The notes under the pieces: model-generated
Seen by the model: the letters and a program-made list of their open reading frames with translations, nothing else
What the model was told of the DNA's origin: nothing
Databases searched by the model: none
Shown here: positions 54,701 to 62,085 of the stretch, in pieces
Layout of the letters: each line of letters begins with the position of its first letter
Position numbering within the stretch: position 1 is the first letter of the stretch
Made by a program: the position numbers and the translations under genes
NCBI GenBank assembly: GCA_964016885.1
Contig: OZ024740.1
Span: 45,322,001-45,386,000, forward strand
Source of the DNA: Eledone cirrhosa
Taxonomy: Eukaryota
Reading direction: 5' to 3'
DNA length: 64,000 bases

Positions 54701-57310
54701 TGAAAAAATGTTTCCGAAAGTCATGGGAACTGTGCTGTTTTCTGACTTTGTGGACATGTCCACGTGTGTTAGACACATGGAAATCAAAAAGGTATTCAGG
54801 GTTGTTGTTGGCAAGACGGTTAACAATTTTGTGGGCGTTTACCAAGTCAGTTTCCAGGCGTCGGAGCTTCAATGTATCCATGCCCAGGGAAGCATGGCGT
54901 TCAGAGTATGGTAGATGCCTGATGGAGGGTATTCGCTTGGTTGCACGTCTCTGAACAGTTTCCAGGCGGTCAATGTTCTGAGCAAGATAGGGGCTCCAGA
55001 CTGGTGATGCAAATTCTAAGTGTGGCCGCACCATAGTCATGTACATCCTTAAATAGATAGCTGGAGAGCGGCTGACAAAGGTCTTGCTGAGTGATGCTAA
55101 GACACCCTCAGCCCCCTTGACAATTTTAGAGACGTGCTTCGTCCAACGCAAATCGCTGCTGACCGTAATGCCCAGGTCACGTTCACAAGAAGACTTCTTG
55201 ATATTAGTGCTGTGGAGGGAGTATGTGGACACTGGGTTTTTAACCCAAAATGCATGGTGGTGCACTTGTCTACAGCTAGCTTGAGTTGCCAGTCTGAGAT
55301 CCATTGTTGCATTGTGTCCAGGTCAAACTGCAAGTAAGATCTATAGTGTTCAGGATCTGTCCTTTTTATCTCAAGGTACAGCTTGATGTCATCTGCGTAC
55401 TTTAGTACTGTGGCATTCTTTAAGTTGGCATCTATGTCAAGAATATATGCCACAAACAAAAGGGGGCCAAGAACAGATCCCTGTGGTACACCAGACGACA
55501 TCTCATATGGTGAGGAATGCTGTCCCAGAACCGTGACTACCTCTCTTCGACTGAGAATGAAGGACTTCAACCAGTTAAAAAGATCATCCTTCACACCCAT
55601 TGTAGAGAGTTTTGCCATAAGTCTTTTGTGTAGCACAGAATTGAAGGCTTTCGCAAAGTCAAGGTAAACAACATCCACCCATGAGCCGCCATCAGTGATC
55701 CGGGTGATGTCCTCAAGAAACTCGATAAGTTGATCACAGCAGCTGGAGTTGGGGATAAATCCAAATTGGAAGAGGATTGTGGTTGAGTACCACTGCTGTG
55801 GGAAGATAGCCAGAGCTAATCAGCTGACCACTTGACCACAACTGATTACGAAAGCTGCAATGGTTGGAAGAAGATTGTGGGCATTTGTTACTGCTGTTGA
55901 ATGATGGACAGAGCTGACCACTTGACCACAACTGACTATGAAAAGTACAAAAGGTAGAGGAAGATTGTGGTCATCTGTTACTGTAGTTGAAGGATGGCCA
56001 GAGCTGATCACCTGACCTCAAGACCACAACTGACTATGAAAAGTACAAAAGGTAAAGGAAGATTGTGGTCATCTGTTACTGTAGTTGAAGGATGGCCAGA
56101 GCTGATCACCTGACCTCAAGACCACAACTGACTATGAAAAGTACAAAAGGTAAAGGAAGATTGTGGTCATCTGTTACTGTAGTTGAAGGATGGCCAGAGC
56201 TGATCACCTGACCTCAAGACCACAACTGACTATGAAAAGTACAAAAGGTAAAGGAAGATTGTGGTCATCTGTTACTGTAGTTGAAGGATGGCCAGAGCTG
56301 ATCACCTGACCTCAAGACCACAACTGACTATGAAAAGTACAAAAGGTAAAGGAAGATTGTGGTCATCTGTTACTGTAGTTGAAGGATGGCCAGAGCTGAT
56401 CACCTGACCTCAAGACCACAACTGACTATGAAAAGTACAAAAGGTAAAGGAAGATTGTGGTCATCTGTTACTGTAGTTGAAGGATGGCCAGAGCTGATCA
56501 CCTGACCTCAAGACCACAACTGACTATGAAAGCTTCAGTGGGTAGAGAAGGATTATGACTTAGTATATAAATTATTCAGGTGTAACAAATGAAATATTTG
56601 CTAGAATTTTATATGCTGTATAAAATGAATGTATATACATGAATGCTTAGATAACTTTGTAGTATGTTTTTTGTTATCTTTGTATTATATGTTTTTGTTG
56701 TTTTTTTTAACGTGAGGTATCATTGATAATAACTCCCTTTGAAGAAGATGAAAATATCTTGTCCAATTCACCAGATTCACTTCACATCCTCATCTCACGA
56801 GACAAAGGAACCCTAACCCACTCTAACATATATATACTCAATGAATCTTGTGAACCAAATGAGATATTTTCATTTTCTTCAAAGGGAATCACTTTTTTTT
56901 ATATTTAAAAGAAGATCAAATGTCGCATTATATTTTATTTGGAGACAAAAGCAATTTTATTGGCATTTGAAGGCTTCGAAATAATTGTTTCTACTTTTGA
57001 CACAAGGCCAGCAATTACCCCAGTGCATTACTGGTGCTTTATTTTATCAAGCCCAGTAAGGATGAAAGACAAGATTAACCTCGGCATGATTTGACCTCAG
57101 AACGTAAAGGGCCATAACTATGCTGCAAAGCATGGTGTCTGATGCTCTACCGTACTGCCAATCCACCAATAATGTTTGTTTGTTTCATGTGTTCTCTATT
57201 CATGTATTTTTATTTTATGTTTTGTAGAAGTGAATCTACAACAACAATCTGTTCCTGCTGAAGTATTTGGAGGTTTGGCTTCTGAAGAAACTGAAAATAA
57301 TGATGACTAA
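14520..57310 (+). CDS. XAB2: Pre-mRNA splicing factor SYF1 / XPA-binding protein 2 (HAT-repeat, NTC/Prp19 complex); 24 coding exons, 852 aa
   Basis: The spliced translation follows XAB2 from end to end ([25 protein letters not shown] ... [10 protein letters not shown] ... [17 protein letters not shown] ... [11 protein letters not shown] ... [27 protein letters not shown] ... [12 protein letters not shown]). Exon lengths sum to 2559 nt with no internal stop. Confidence 0.97.
15577..15659. repeat. (CT)n microsatellite followed by (AT)n
   Basis: Direct reading of the sequence. Confidence 0.98.
16138..16413 (+). mobile_element. tRNA-derived SINE, family B (CORE-like plus V-like central domains); related copies ~27385, 35350, 46535, 54215
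   Basis: A-box TGGCCTAGTGG, B-box GGTTCGATTCC, then TTGAGCAAAACA and CCTGTGATGGACTGGCGTCC, with an AGACTTTA tail. Domain names are recalled, not searched. Confidence 0.8.
17687..17835 (+). CDS. XAB2: XAB2 exon 2
   Basis: ccacag|[28 protein letters not shown]...MPGS|gtaatg. Confidence 0.96.
19774..19897 (+). CDS. XAB2: XAB2 exon 3
   Basis: tttag|[23 protein letters not shown]...VFMHK|gtatg. Confidence 0.96.
20982..21179 (+). CDS. XAB2: XAB2 exon 4
   Basis: cacag|[10 protein letters not shown]...[15 protein letters not shown]...YRRYLK|gtaat. Confidence 0.97.
21700..21790. repeat. Compound (CT)n/(TA)n microsatellite
   Basis: Direct reading of the sequence. Confidence 0.95.
21978..22112 (+). 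CDS. XAB2: XAB2 exon 5
   Basis: ttacag|[13 protein letters not shown]...LDEAAQRLA...GKSKHQ|gtcagt. Confidence 0.95.
22512..24870 (-). mobile_element. 5'-truncated RTE-clade LINE (RT, Cys-rich insert, 3' UTR, (ATG)n tail), frameshifted
   Basis: [66 protein letters not shown]. The tail reads (CAT)n on the + strand. Confidence 0.95.
25316..25480 (+). CDS. XAB2: XAB2 exon 6
   Basis: ttcag|[16 protein letters not shown]...[12 protein letters not shown]|gtaaac. Confidence 0.96.
25875..26207 (+). mobile_element. Young SINE, family C (tRNA head plus RTE-like 3' tail); near-identical copies 27004-27300 +, 27737-28046 +, 33160-33495 -, 46916-47224 +
   Basis: GGAGGCACATGGCTTAGTGGTTAGAGC head, CCTTGAGCAAGACACTT core, GTTAGGAAGGGCATCCAGC, and the AAAATGATGATG tail shared with the RTE. 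Confidence 0.88.
26223..26790 (-). mobile_element. RTE LINE 3'-terminal fragment
   Basis: Aligns by eye to 22512-23070. Confidence 0.9.
27301..28046 (+). repeat. Ectopic copy of the XAB2 exon 20 3' end plus intron 20 start (source 46462-47224)
   Basis: GTGTGCAAGCAACTTATAACACTCAG|GTATATGTCAAATTGAAGGTTCTATTTTACACATAG is identical at both sites, and similarity continues for ~750 bp. Confidence 0.95.
28680..28824 (+). CDS. XAB2: XAB2 exon 7
   Basis: ttcag|[29 protein letters not shown]...SQE|gtaacc. Confidence 0.96.
29705..29920. mobile_element. MITE with TTAA ends (piggyBac/Kolobok-like non-autonomous element)
   Basis: TTAA-CCCTTTATCATTTA ... TAAATGCTAAAGGG-TTAA; 13/14 TIR match. Confidence 0.7.
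29992..30064 (+). CDS. XAB2: XAB2 exon 8
   Basis: ttcag|[25 protein letters not shown]|gtaatg. Confidence 0.95.
31381..31459 (+). CDS. XAB2: XAB2 exon 9
   Basis: ttcag|[26 protein letters not shown]|gtattt. Confidence 0.96.
32328..32447 (+). CDS. XAB2: XAB2 exon 10
   Basis: gtcag|[20 protein letters not shown]...[12 protein letters not shown]|gtaagt. Confidence 0.96.
32950..34160 (+). mobile_element. RTE 3' fragment split by an antisense SINE insertion (33160-33495)
   Basis: [25 protein letters not shown] before the SINE; [34 protein letters not shown] after it, then 3' UTR and ATG tail. Confidence 0.85.
35805..36185. repeat. ~45-bp minisatellite, ~8 degenerate copies
   Basis: GGTATTTAGTCCTACCTATAGAAACATATGACCC... 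repeated. Confidence 0.9.
36283..36358 (+). pseudogene. Decayed partial duplicate of XAB2 exon 11 with its 3' splice site
   Basis: TCAATTTCTGTATTACAG|GCTAGAATAATATATGAGAAAGCTATCAAA matches 36570-36617 with one substitution, followed by an internal deletion. Confidence 0.9.
36588..36688 (+). CDS. XAB2: XAB2 exon 11
   Basis: ttacag|[34 protein letters not shown]|gtgagt. Confidence 0.95.
37756..37831 (+). CDS. XAB2: XAB2 exon 12
   Basis: tctag|[25 protein letters not shown]|gtaagt. Confidence 0.95.
38871..38957 (+). CDS. XAB2: XAB2 exon 13
   Basis: tatag|[29 protein letters not shown]|gtatag. Confidence 0.96.
39075..39320. repeat. ~30-35-bp minisatellite (CTATGCTGGTTC..TAGACCTACCTACCTGT)
   Basis: About 7 degenerate tandem copies. 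Confidence 0.85.
39654..40487 (-). mobile_element. Internally deleted mariner transposon with ~100-bp TIRs and TA target duplication
   Basis: TA|CAAGGTGTGTCAGAAAAGTTCC ... GGAACTTTTCTGACACACCTCG|TA. HTH motifs ([34 protein letters not shown]) are joined directly to the C-terminus (GTRFEDV..QGDYF), so the DDD catalytic core is missing. Confidence 0.95.
40797..40910 (+). CDS. XAB2: XAB2 exon 14
   Basis: ttcag|[38 protein letters not shown]|gtaagt. Confidence 0.97.
42096..42182 (+). CDS. XAB2: XAB2 exon 15
   Basis: tccag|[29 protein letters not shown]|gtaagt. Confidence 0.97.
43261..43336 (+). CDS. XAB2: XAB2 exon 16
   Basis: ttcag|[25 protein letters not shown]|gtaagc. Confidence 0.97.
43700..44012 (-). 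mobile_element. RLE-domain fragment of an early-branching LINE (HERO/NeSL-like)
   Basis: [12 protein letters not shown] ... WECIADL ... [19 protein letters not shown]. Confidence 0.65.
44078..44187 (+). CDS. XAB2: XAB2 exon 17
   Basis: gccag|[25 protein letters not shown]...KHE|gtttga. Confidence 0.95.
44933..45036 (+). CDS. XAB2: XAB2 exon 18
   Basis: ctcag|[35 protein letters not shown]|gtatgt. Confidence 0.96.
45982..46081 (+). CDS. XAB2: XAB2 exon 19
   Basis: atcag|[33 protein letters not shown]|gtaagt. Confidence 0.97.
46371..46487 (+). CDS. XAB2: XAB2 exon 20
   Basis: catag|[39 protein letters not shown]|gtatat. Confidence 0.97.
48555..50840 (-). mobile_element. Second RTE LINE copy (APE C-terminus through RT), internally deleted
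   Basis: The 420-aa ORF contains [17 protein letters not shown] and NYRGIKL. It is highly similar to 22512-24870 and has the (CAT)n tail. Confidence 0.95.
50945..51320 (+). mobile_element. CRE-like RLE LINE extreme 3' fragment with A-rich tail
   Basis: [46 protein letters not shown]. Confidence 0.8.
51583..51646 (+). CDS. XAB2: XAB2 exon 21
   Basis: tttag|[21 protein letters not shown]|gtaaat. Confidence 0.9.
51680..52185 (+). repeat. Tandem array of a ~48-50-bp SINE/RTE-3'UTR internal subrepeat (~10 copies)
   Basis: AAAA(T/C)ACACCCAGTACACTCTGTAAAGTGGTAGTG(C/T)TGGTGCCA repeated. Confidence 0.9.
52218..52329 (+). CDS. XAB2: XAB2 exon 22
   Basis: attag|[22 protein letters not shown]...GILFVR|gtaagc. 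Confidence 0.92.
53749..53855 (+). CDS. XAB2: XAB2 exon 23
   Basis: aacag|[35 protein letters not shown]|gttaaa. Confidence 0.9.
54460..55733 (-). mobile_element. 5'-truncated CR1-clade LINE (RT C-terminal half plus 3' UTR)
   Basis: [72 protein letters not shown]; one frameshift. Confidence 0.93.
55735..56560. repeat. 98-bp minisatellite (~6 near-identical plus degenerate copies)
   Basis: GAGCTGATCA recurs at 56001, 56099, 56197, 56295, 56393 and 56491. Confidence 0.97.
57228..57310 (+). CDS. XAB2: XAB2 exon 24 (terminal)
   Basis: tgtag|[27 protein letters not shown]. Confidence 0.92.
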
Positions 57311-57331
57311 AAAAATATATTAATTGTGTAA

Positions 57332-57561
57332 AATAAATACATTTCATATAAATTTTTGACTTTTGACTTGGTTTCGCTGTTAGTTTTCTCAGTTTGTGAA
57401 AAAGAAAGTAAAACAAAGGAAGCAGTCGTTGTTGTATAAAGTGTTGAGCAAATTTGAATTTTGAAGTAGCTTACTGTGAGCTGCTACAATGCAAGCTTAA
57501 CTATTTTATAGTTAAACTGGCATTGTAGCAGCTTTGAATAAGCTAATACTTTGAAAATAAA
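57332..57561 (+). promoter_or_regulatory. Candidate XAB2 polyadenylation signals (AATAAA at 57332 and 57556)
   Basis: Canonical hexamers downstream of the stop codon, in AT-rich sequence where chance matches are common. Confidence 0.45.
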
Positions 57562-57839
57562 GTAAAAGTAGGTGTAAGAGTTCTGTCAAGGCTAAACCAG
57601 AAATTCAGGTTTTAGTTCTCACTTGGAACTGTATCACTTTACTTCTTTAATTTCATTGTTACCATTTTTTTTATACCAAACTGTCTGAAACCCACCCCTG
57701 TTTCTATGATACTAAACTGTCTGTTTTAAAATGTTCATATTTATCTGAAACCATTCCATCATAATTTTTTGTAAGAACATTTGTTATGTTCCAAACACCA
57801 GTTTAAAGATGAGAAATTATTTGAAAATCATAGGTCGTG

Positions 57840-58190
57840 TATGTCATTAGAAATATGGTAATGAAAGGGTTAATGATATTGGCAGTGTCTTTCATTAGAA
57901 ATATGGTAATGAAGGGGTTAATGACACAGGCAATGTCTTTCCTTTGAAGTATGGTAATGAAAAGGTTAATGACACAAGCAGTGTCTTTCATTAGAAATAT
58001 GGTAACAAAAGGGTTAAAGACATTGGCAGTGTATCTCATTAGATATATTGTAATGAAAGGGTTAAAGATATAGACTATTTCATTAGAAATATGGTAATGA
58101 AAGGGTTAATGACATAGACAGTGTCTTTCATTAGAAATATGGTAATGAAAGGGTTAATGACACAGGCAGTGTATTTCATTAGAAATATAA
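57840..58190. repeat. ~48-bp tandem repeat of a MITE terminus (~7 copies)
   Basis: CATTAGAAATATGGTAATGAAAGGGTTAATGACACAGGCAGTGTCTTT repeated. Confidence 0.9.
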
Positions 58191-58494
58191 TAAAATTTAC
58201 AATTCCAGTTTCATCTTTCCTAAAAATAGAAACAATAACTTGGACACATCCTGTCATACTGGTGTTGACCAATGGACAAAGGATCATGGAAAAATATTTT
58301 CTTTTATTCAGAAACACCTCATATCTAAATTAACATATTTAGCATTATACACTCTATCTTTCTCCTAACGTAGTGGTTGATGTATAAGTACCACTGGGAT
58401 CCCCCCATATACCACTGTTTACTTTGGTCTGATATCACAGTAATTGGTATATATATACCAATGGTTTCTGTGGTTTGATATAAAAATAATTGGT

Positions 58495-58825
58495 GTATGG
58501 AAGGAAAGCACTCCATCAGTTACAACGATGAGTGTTCCAGTTGATTTGATCAACAGAACAGCTTGCTCATGAAATTAACGTGCAAGTGGCTGAGCATTCC
58601 ACAAACACGCATACCCTTAACGTAGTTCTCAGGGAGATTCAGCATGAAACAGATTGTGACAAGGCTGACCCTTCGAATTACAAGTACAACTCATTTTTGC
58701 CAGCTGAGTGAACTGGAACAACATGAAATAAAGTGTCTTGCTCAAGGAAACAGCGTGCCACTAGGAATCAAACTCACAAACTTACGATCATGAGCCAAAC
58801 CTCAAAGCCACACGCTTTCACCAGT
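58495..58825 (-). mobile_element. tRNA-derived SINE, family D
   Basis: Reverse strand shows a tRNA-like head and CCTTGAGCAAGACACTT core, then a body (ATGCTCAGCCACTTGCACGTTAATTTCA) also seen at ~31870 and ~48230. Confidence 0.75.
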
Positions 58826-61165
58826 GGACACTCCTCATATACCACTAGATTAACCTGGGACTAAACAACTACTTAAAAGTTGTTAACTTTTGTTGTATTT
58901 TGTGGTAATATTGTATATAGTAATGTGTCAAAATAACTTTTCATGTGGTTACTGACACTATTCCACATGCATATATATATTTACATATACATATACACAC
59001 GTATGTACATAGATATACACAAACGCACATACACATGCATCCTTATATACACATATTCATACACATTCACGTACATACACAGACAGACCTAGACATACAC
59101 TCAGTGTAACCAGTTATATACTTCACATGGAAGACAATTCATTGAATTTACAACAAATACAATCTTCAACACTAAAGACAAACCTATCAACTTGGTTATA
59201 TAACTGGTTATTCTTCTCATATTCACAACAGCAATAATAATTGTTTCTACTTTTGGCACAAGGCCAGCAATTATCCCAGTGCATTACTGGTACTTTATTT
59301 TATCGACGCCATAAGGATGAAAGGCAAAGTTAAACTCGGCGAAATATGAACTGGGACCGTAAAGGGCCGTAACTCTATGCTATAGAGCATGACATCCAAC
59401 CCTCTACCGATACTAACAAGTGTTATTTAGGTCAATTTTTTTTTTTTTGACAAGCTTCTTCATTTTTCCCTAAAATCTGTATTCCCACTCAACAACTAAC
59501 GCTTTTATTTCCTCCTTGATCATCTTCAGCCAGCCATGTATGTCTTGGTTTTTTTCTTTTTTTTCTTACACATCAATCCACATTTATTTCTATCATTCCT
59601 TTCACCCAATCACTTCCATTTTTCCTCAGCAGGTAATCCAGCTATCTCATTCCATTTCTTTTCATAACATTTATTACAGGCTCTATTCCTCTCACCCAAT
59701 CACTTCCATCCTTACTCAACACATGATCCAGCCATCTCATTCCATTTCTTTTCACAACATCCATCAGTCTTTCATCATCATCATCATCATTTAACGTCCA
59801 CCTTCCAGGCTAGCATGGGTTTTGTTCCATTTGATGCAGGATTGGTCGGGAGACTATGTCTCACTCATATGGAAGTGTCTCTGGCAGGTTTTCTACAGCT
59901 GGATACCCTTCCTAACACCAACCACTTTTACAGTGTGGACTGGGAGCCTTTTTACCGTGTCTCCTACACGACCACTCTACAGTGTGGACTGGGTGCTTTT
60001 TGTTGTGTCACCGACACAATGGACGGAAATGGGAGGATGGGGTGGGGTGGAGTGTATATTGGGTTAAGCTAGCTCAACTCATCTTTGTAAATAAATTATA
60101 TATCAAAAAACGTTGTAATGCCTTATGATGATATTTTCCACAACATTGTTTTCAACTGCTTCAACGGTGACTTCAATGATACAATACACAAACAAATATT
60201 AACATTCATAACACAACATATATCCATATATATATATCTCCTATTAAATAACATCTTCTAAAGGACCTTTGAATTACACATTCAACCAATGGGCTTCCAA
60301 ACAGTTTCTGTCTACCAAATTTCACAAGATGCCATGCAGTGGGATTAAAACTGGGTCTTTATAATTTCAAAGCAAGCTACTAACTGTTTGGCCGTACTAT
60401 ATCTACACACAGGGGCATATGCAAAAGAAGAGAGAAAAATATAGAATATATGTGATTATGATATAAATAATATAAATGCCACTTTTTAATTTAAATAATA
60501 TGTTTACTGTTTAAAAGTTACAAAAGAGCCAATCCTATAATTAGAAATATAGTTTACAATATCTACCAAGCTTAATAAAAAGAAGTGAAAGTATTTAAGA
60601 AATTTGAGTTTAGAAACAATATAGTCTTGTATTCTTGCTATAGGCGTGATTATTATATCGGAACTAGTAAAACTTATAAACTGCGCATCGTTTTACGGCA
60701 ATATCCAATTTTAGCGGCGTAAATGCCGCTTACTTGCTGTAGTTGCTGCTTACTTCAATGTATGAGGCTATTCCAACAAATTTACATTCCCTTTTTTTTA
60801 GCCGTTAAAAGAAATATAGATTTATTTATTGTTTTTTGTTTGCGATTTATTTGCCACTGGGGCATAGATTTCTTTATTTGCCACGTTTTTGTTTGTTTGT
60901 TTTTTTTGCGATTTATTAGCCTTTTGGGGTCACACACACCCCCGTAGAAAGTGTGCGACCTTTCTGCCAGGGAGCACAGAGAGAGGGGGGTGCTCCCGTC
61001 TTCTCTTACCTGTACAAGCCGATATAGAGAGATGGCCCACTTACACGGGCCATCCGCCGAGGTTAACTTTGCCTTTCATCCTTTCGGGGTCGATAAAATA
61101 AAGTACCAGTAATGTACTGGGTAATTTCTGGCCTTGTGCCAATAGTAGAAACAATTATTGCTACT

Positions 61166-61258
61166 GTCACCCAAAGTTCGTTTTGTATGTTCCCGAATAG
61201 CAGTGAATTTTGATAAAACTGTTTCTAATTCCTTCTCCACAGTAAGACAAATATCCAT
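61166..61258 (-). pseudogene. Truncated inverted copy of the RMND5-like exon (31 codons)
   Basis: Same peptide with one synonymous AAA/AAG difference. A deletion removed its donor site. Confidence 0.8.
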
Positions 61259-61431
61259 GTATAGTCCAAAAAGATATAAATCTTTAAAAAAATTATAATA
61301 ATTCTTTATTATTATTTTCTTTTTCTGTAAATAATTATTTTTCTATATATCTCAAACCCTGCCAAACACCACATCTATCCATCTGTAAATTTAAATGACT
61401 GTTCTTTCATACTTATCCTCTTCAACTACAT

Positions 61432-61567
61432 ATGGATATTTGTCTTACTGTGGAGAAGGAATTAGAAACAGTTTTATCAAAATTCACTGCTATTCGGGAA
61501 CATACAAAGCGAACTTTGGGTGACATACCAACTTCTGTTGATAATATAAGGAAAGAAATCAGTGAAG
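61432..61567 (+). CDS. RMND5A: First coding exon of an RMND5/GID2-like E3 ligase subunit (CTLH complex); no later exons found in the window
   Basis: MDICLTVEKELETVLSKFTAIREHTKRTLGDIPTSVDNIRKEISE resembles the RMND5 N-terminus as I recall it (MDQCVTVERELEKVLHKF..). It ends at G|gtattt. Confidence 0.65.
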
Positions 61568-61621
61568 GTATTTATTACATTTTGATTGCCTTTTTATTAC
61601 AACCACTAATACTTACTATTA

Positions 61622-62085
61622 TACCGAGGGGCCCTGCCCGTTCGGGAAAGGCTCTACAGACACGGATTCCGGGACGGAAACCCCTTGGAAAAGAAATGTC
61701 CCAGGTGCGTTTGCAACGAGGAAACTGTGGGGATATGTCGCCAGCCAACAAATGGTCCTCTTCTTCCGATACCACTTCGAAAGAAGGATCAAGGTGGAGA
61801 AAAAGGCACTCAGTCTCAACCAATTCCATGAAAGATGGGTGAAAGTAGCAATAATGGCCCGTGTAAGTGGGCCATCTCTCTATATCGGCTTGTACAGGTA
61901 AGAGAAGACGGGAGCACCCCCCTCTCTCTGTGCTCCCTGGCAGAAAGGTCGCACACTTTCTACGGGTGTGTGTGTGACCCCAAAAGGCTAATAAATCGCA
62001 AAAAAACAAACAAAAACGTGGCAAATAAAGAAATCTATGCCCCAGTGGCAAATAAATCGCAAACAAAAAACCATAAATAAATCTA
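61622..62085 (+). mobile_element. 3' end of an L1/Tx1-clade LINE, internally deleted
   Basis: YRGALPVRERLYRHG..KCPRC..EETV (zf-RVT-like), then MVLFFRYHFERRIKVEKKALS..FHERWVKVA..* (stop 61899-61901) and an A-rich tail. Confidence 0.7.

Noticed and set aside
57225-57230. NAGNAG tandem acceptor (TAGAAG) at the last exon
   Set aside because: It would change only one codon and is common by chance.
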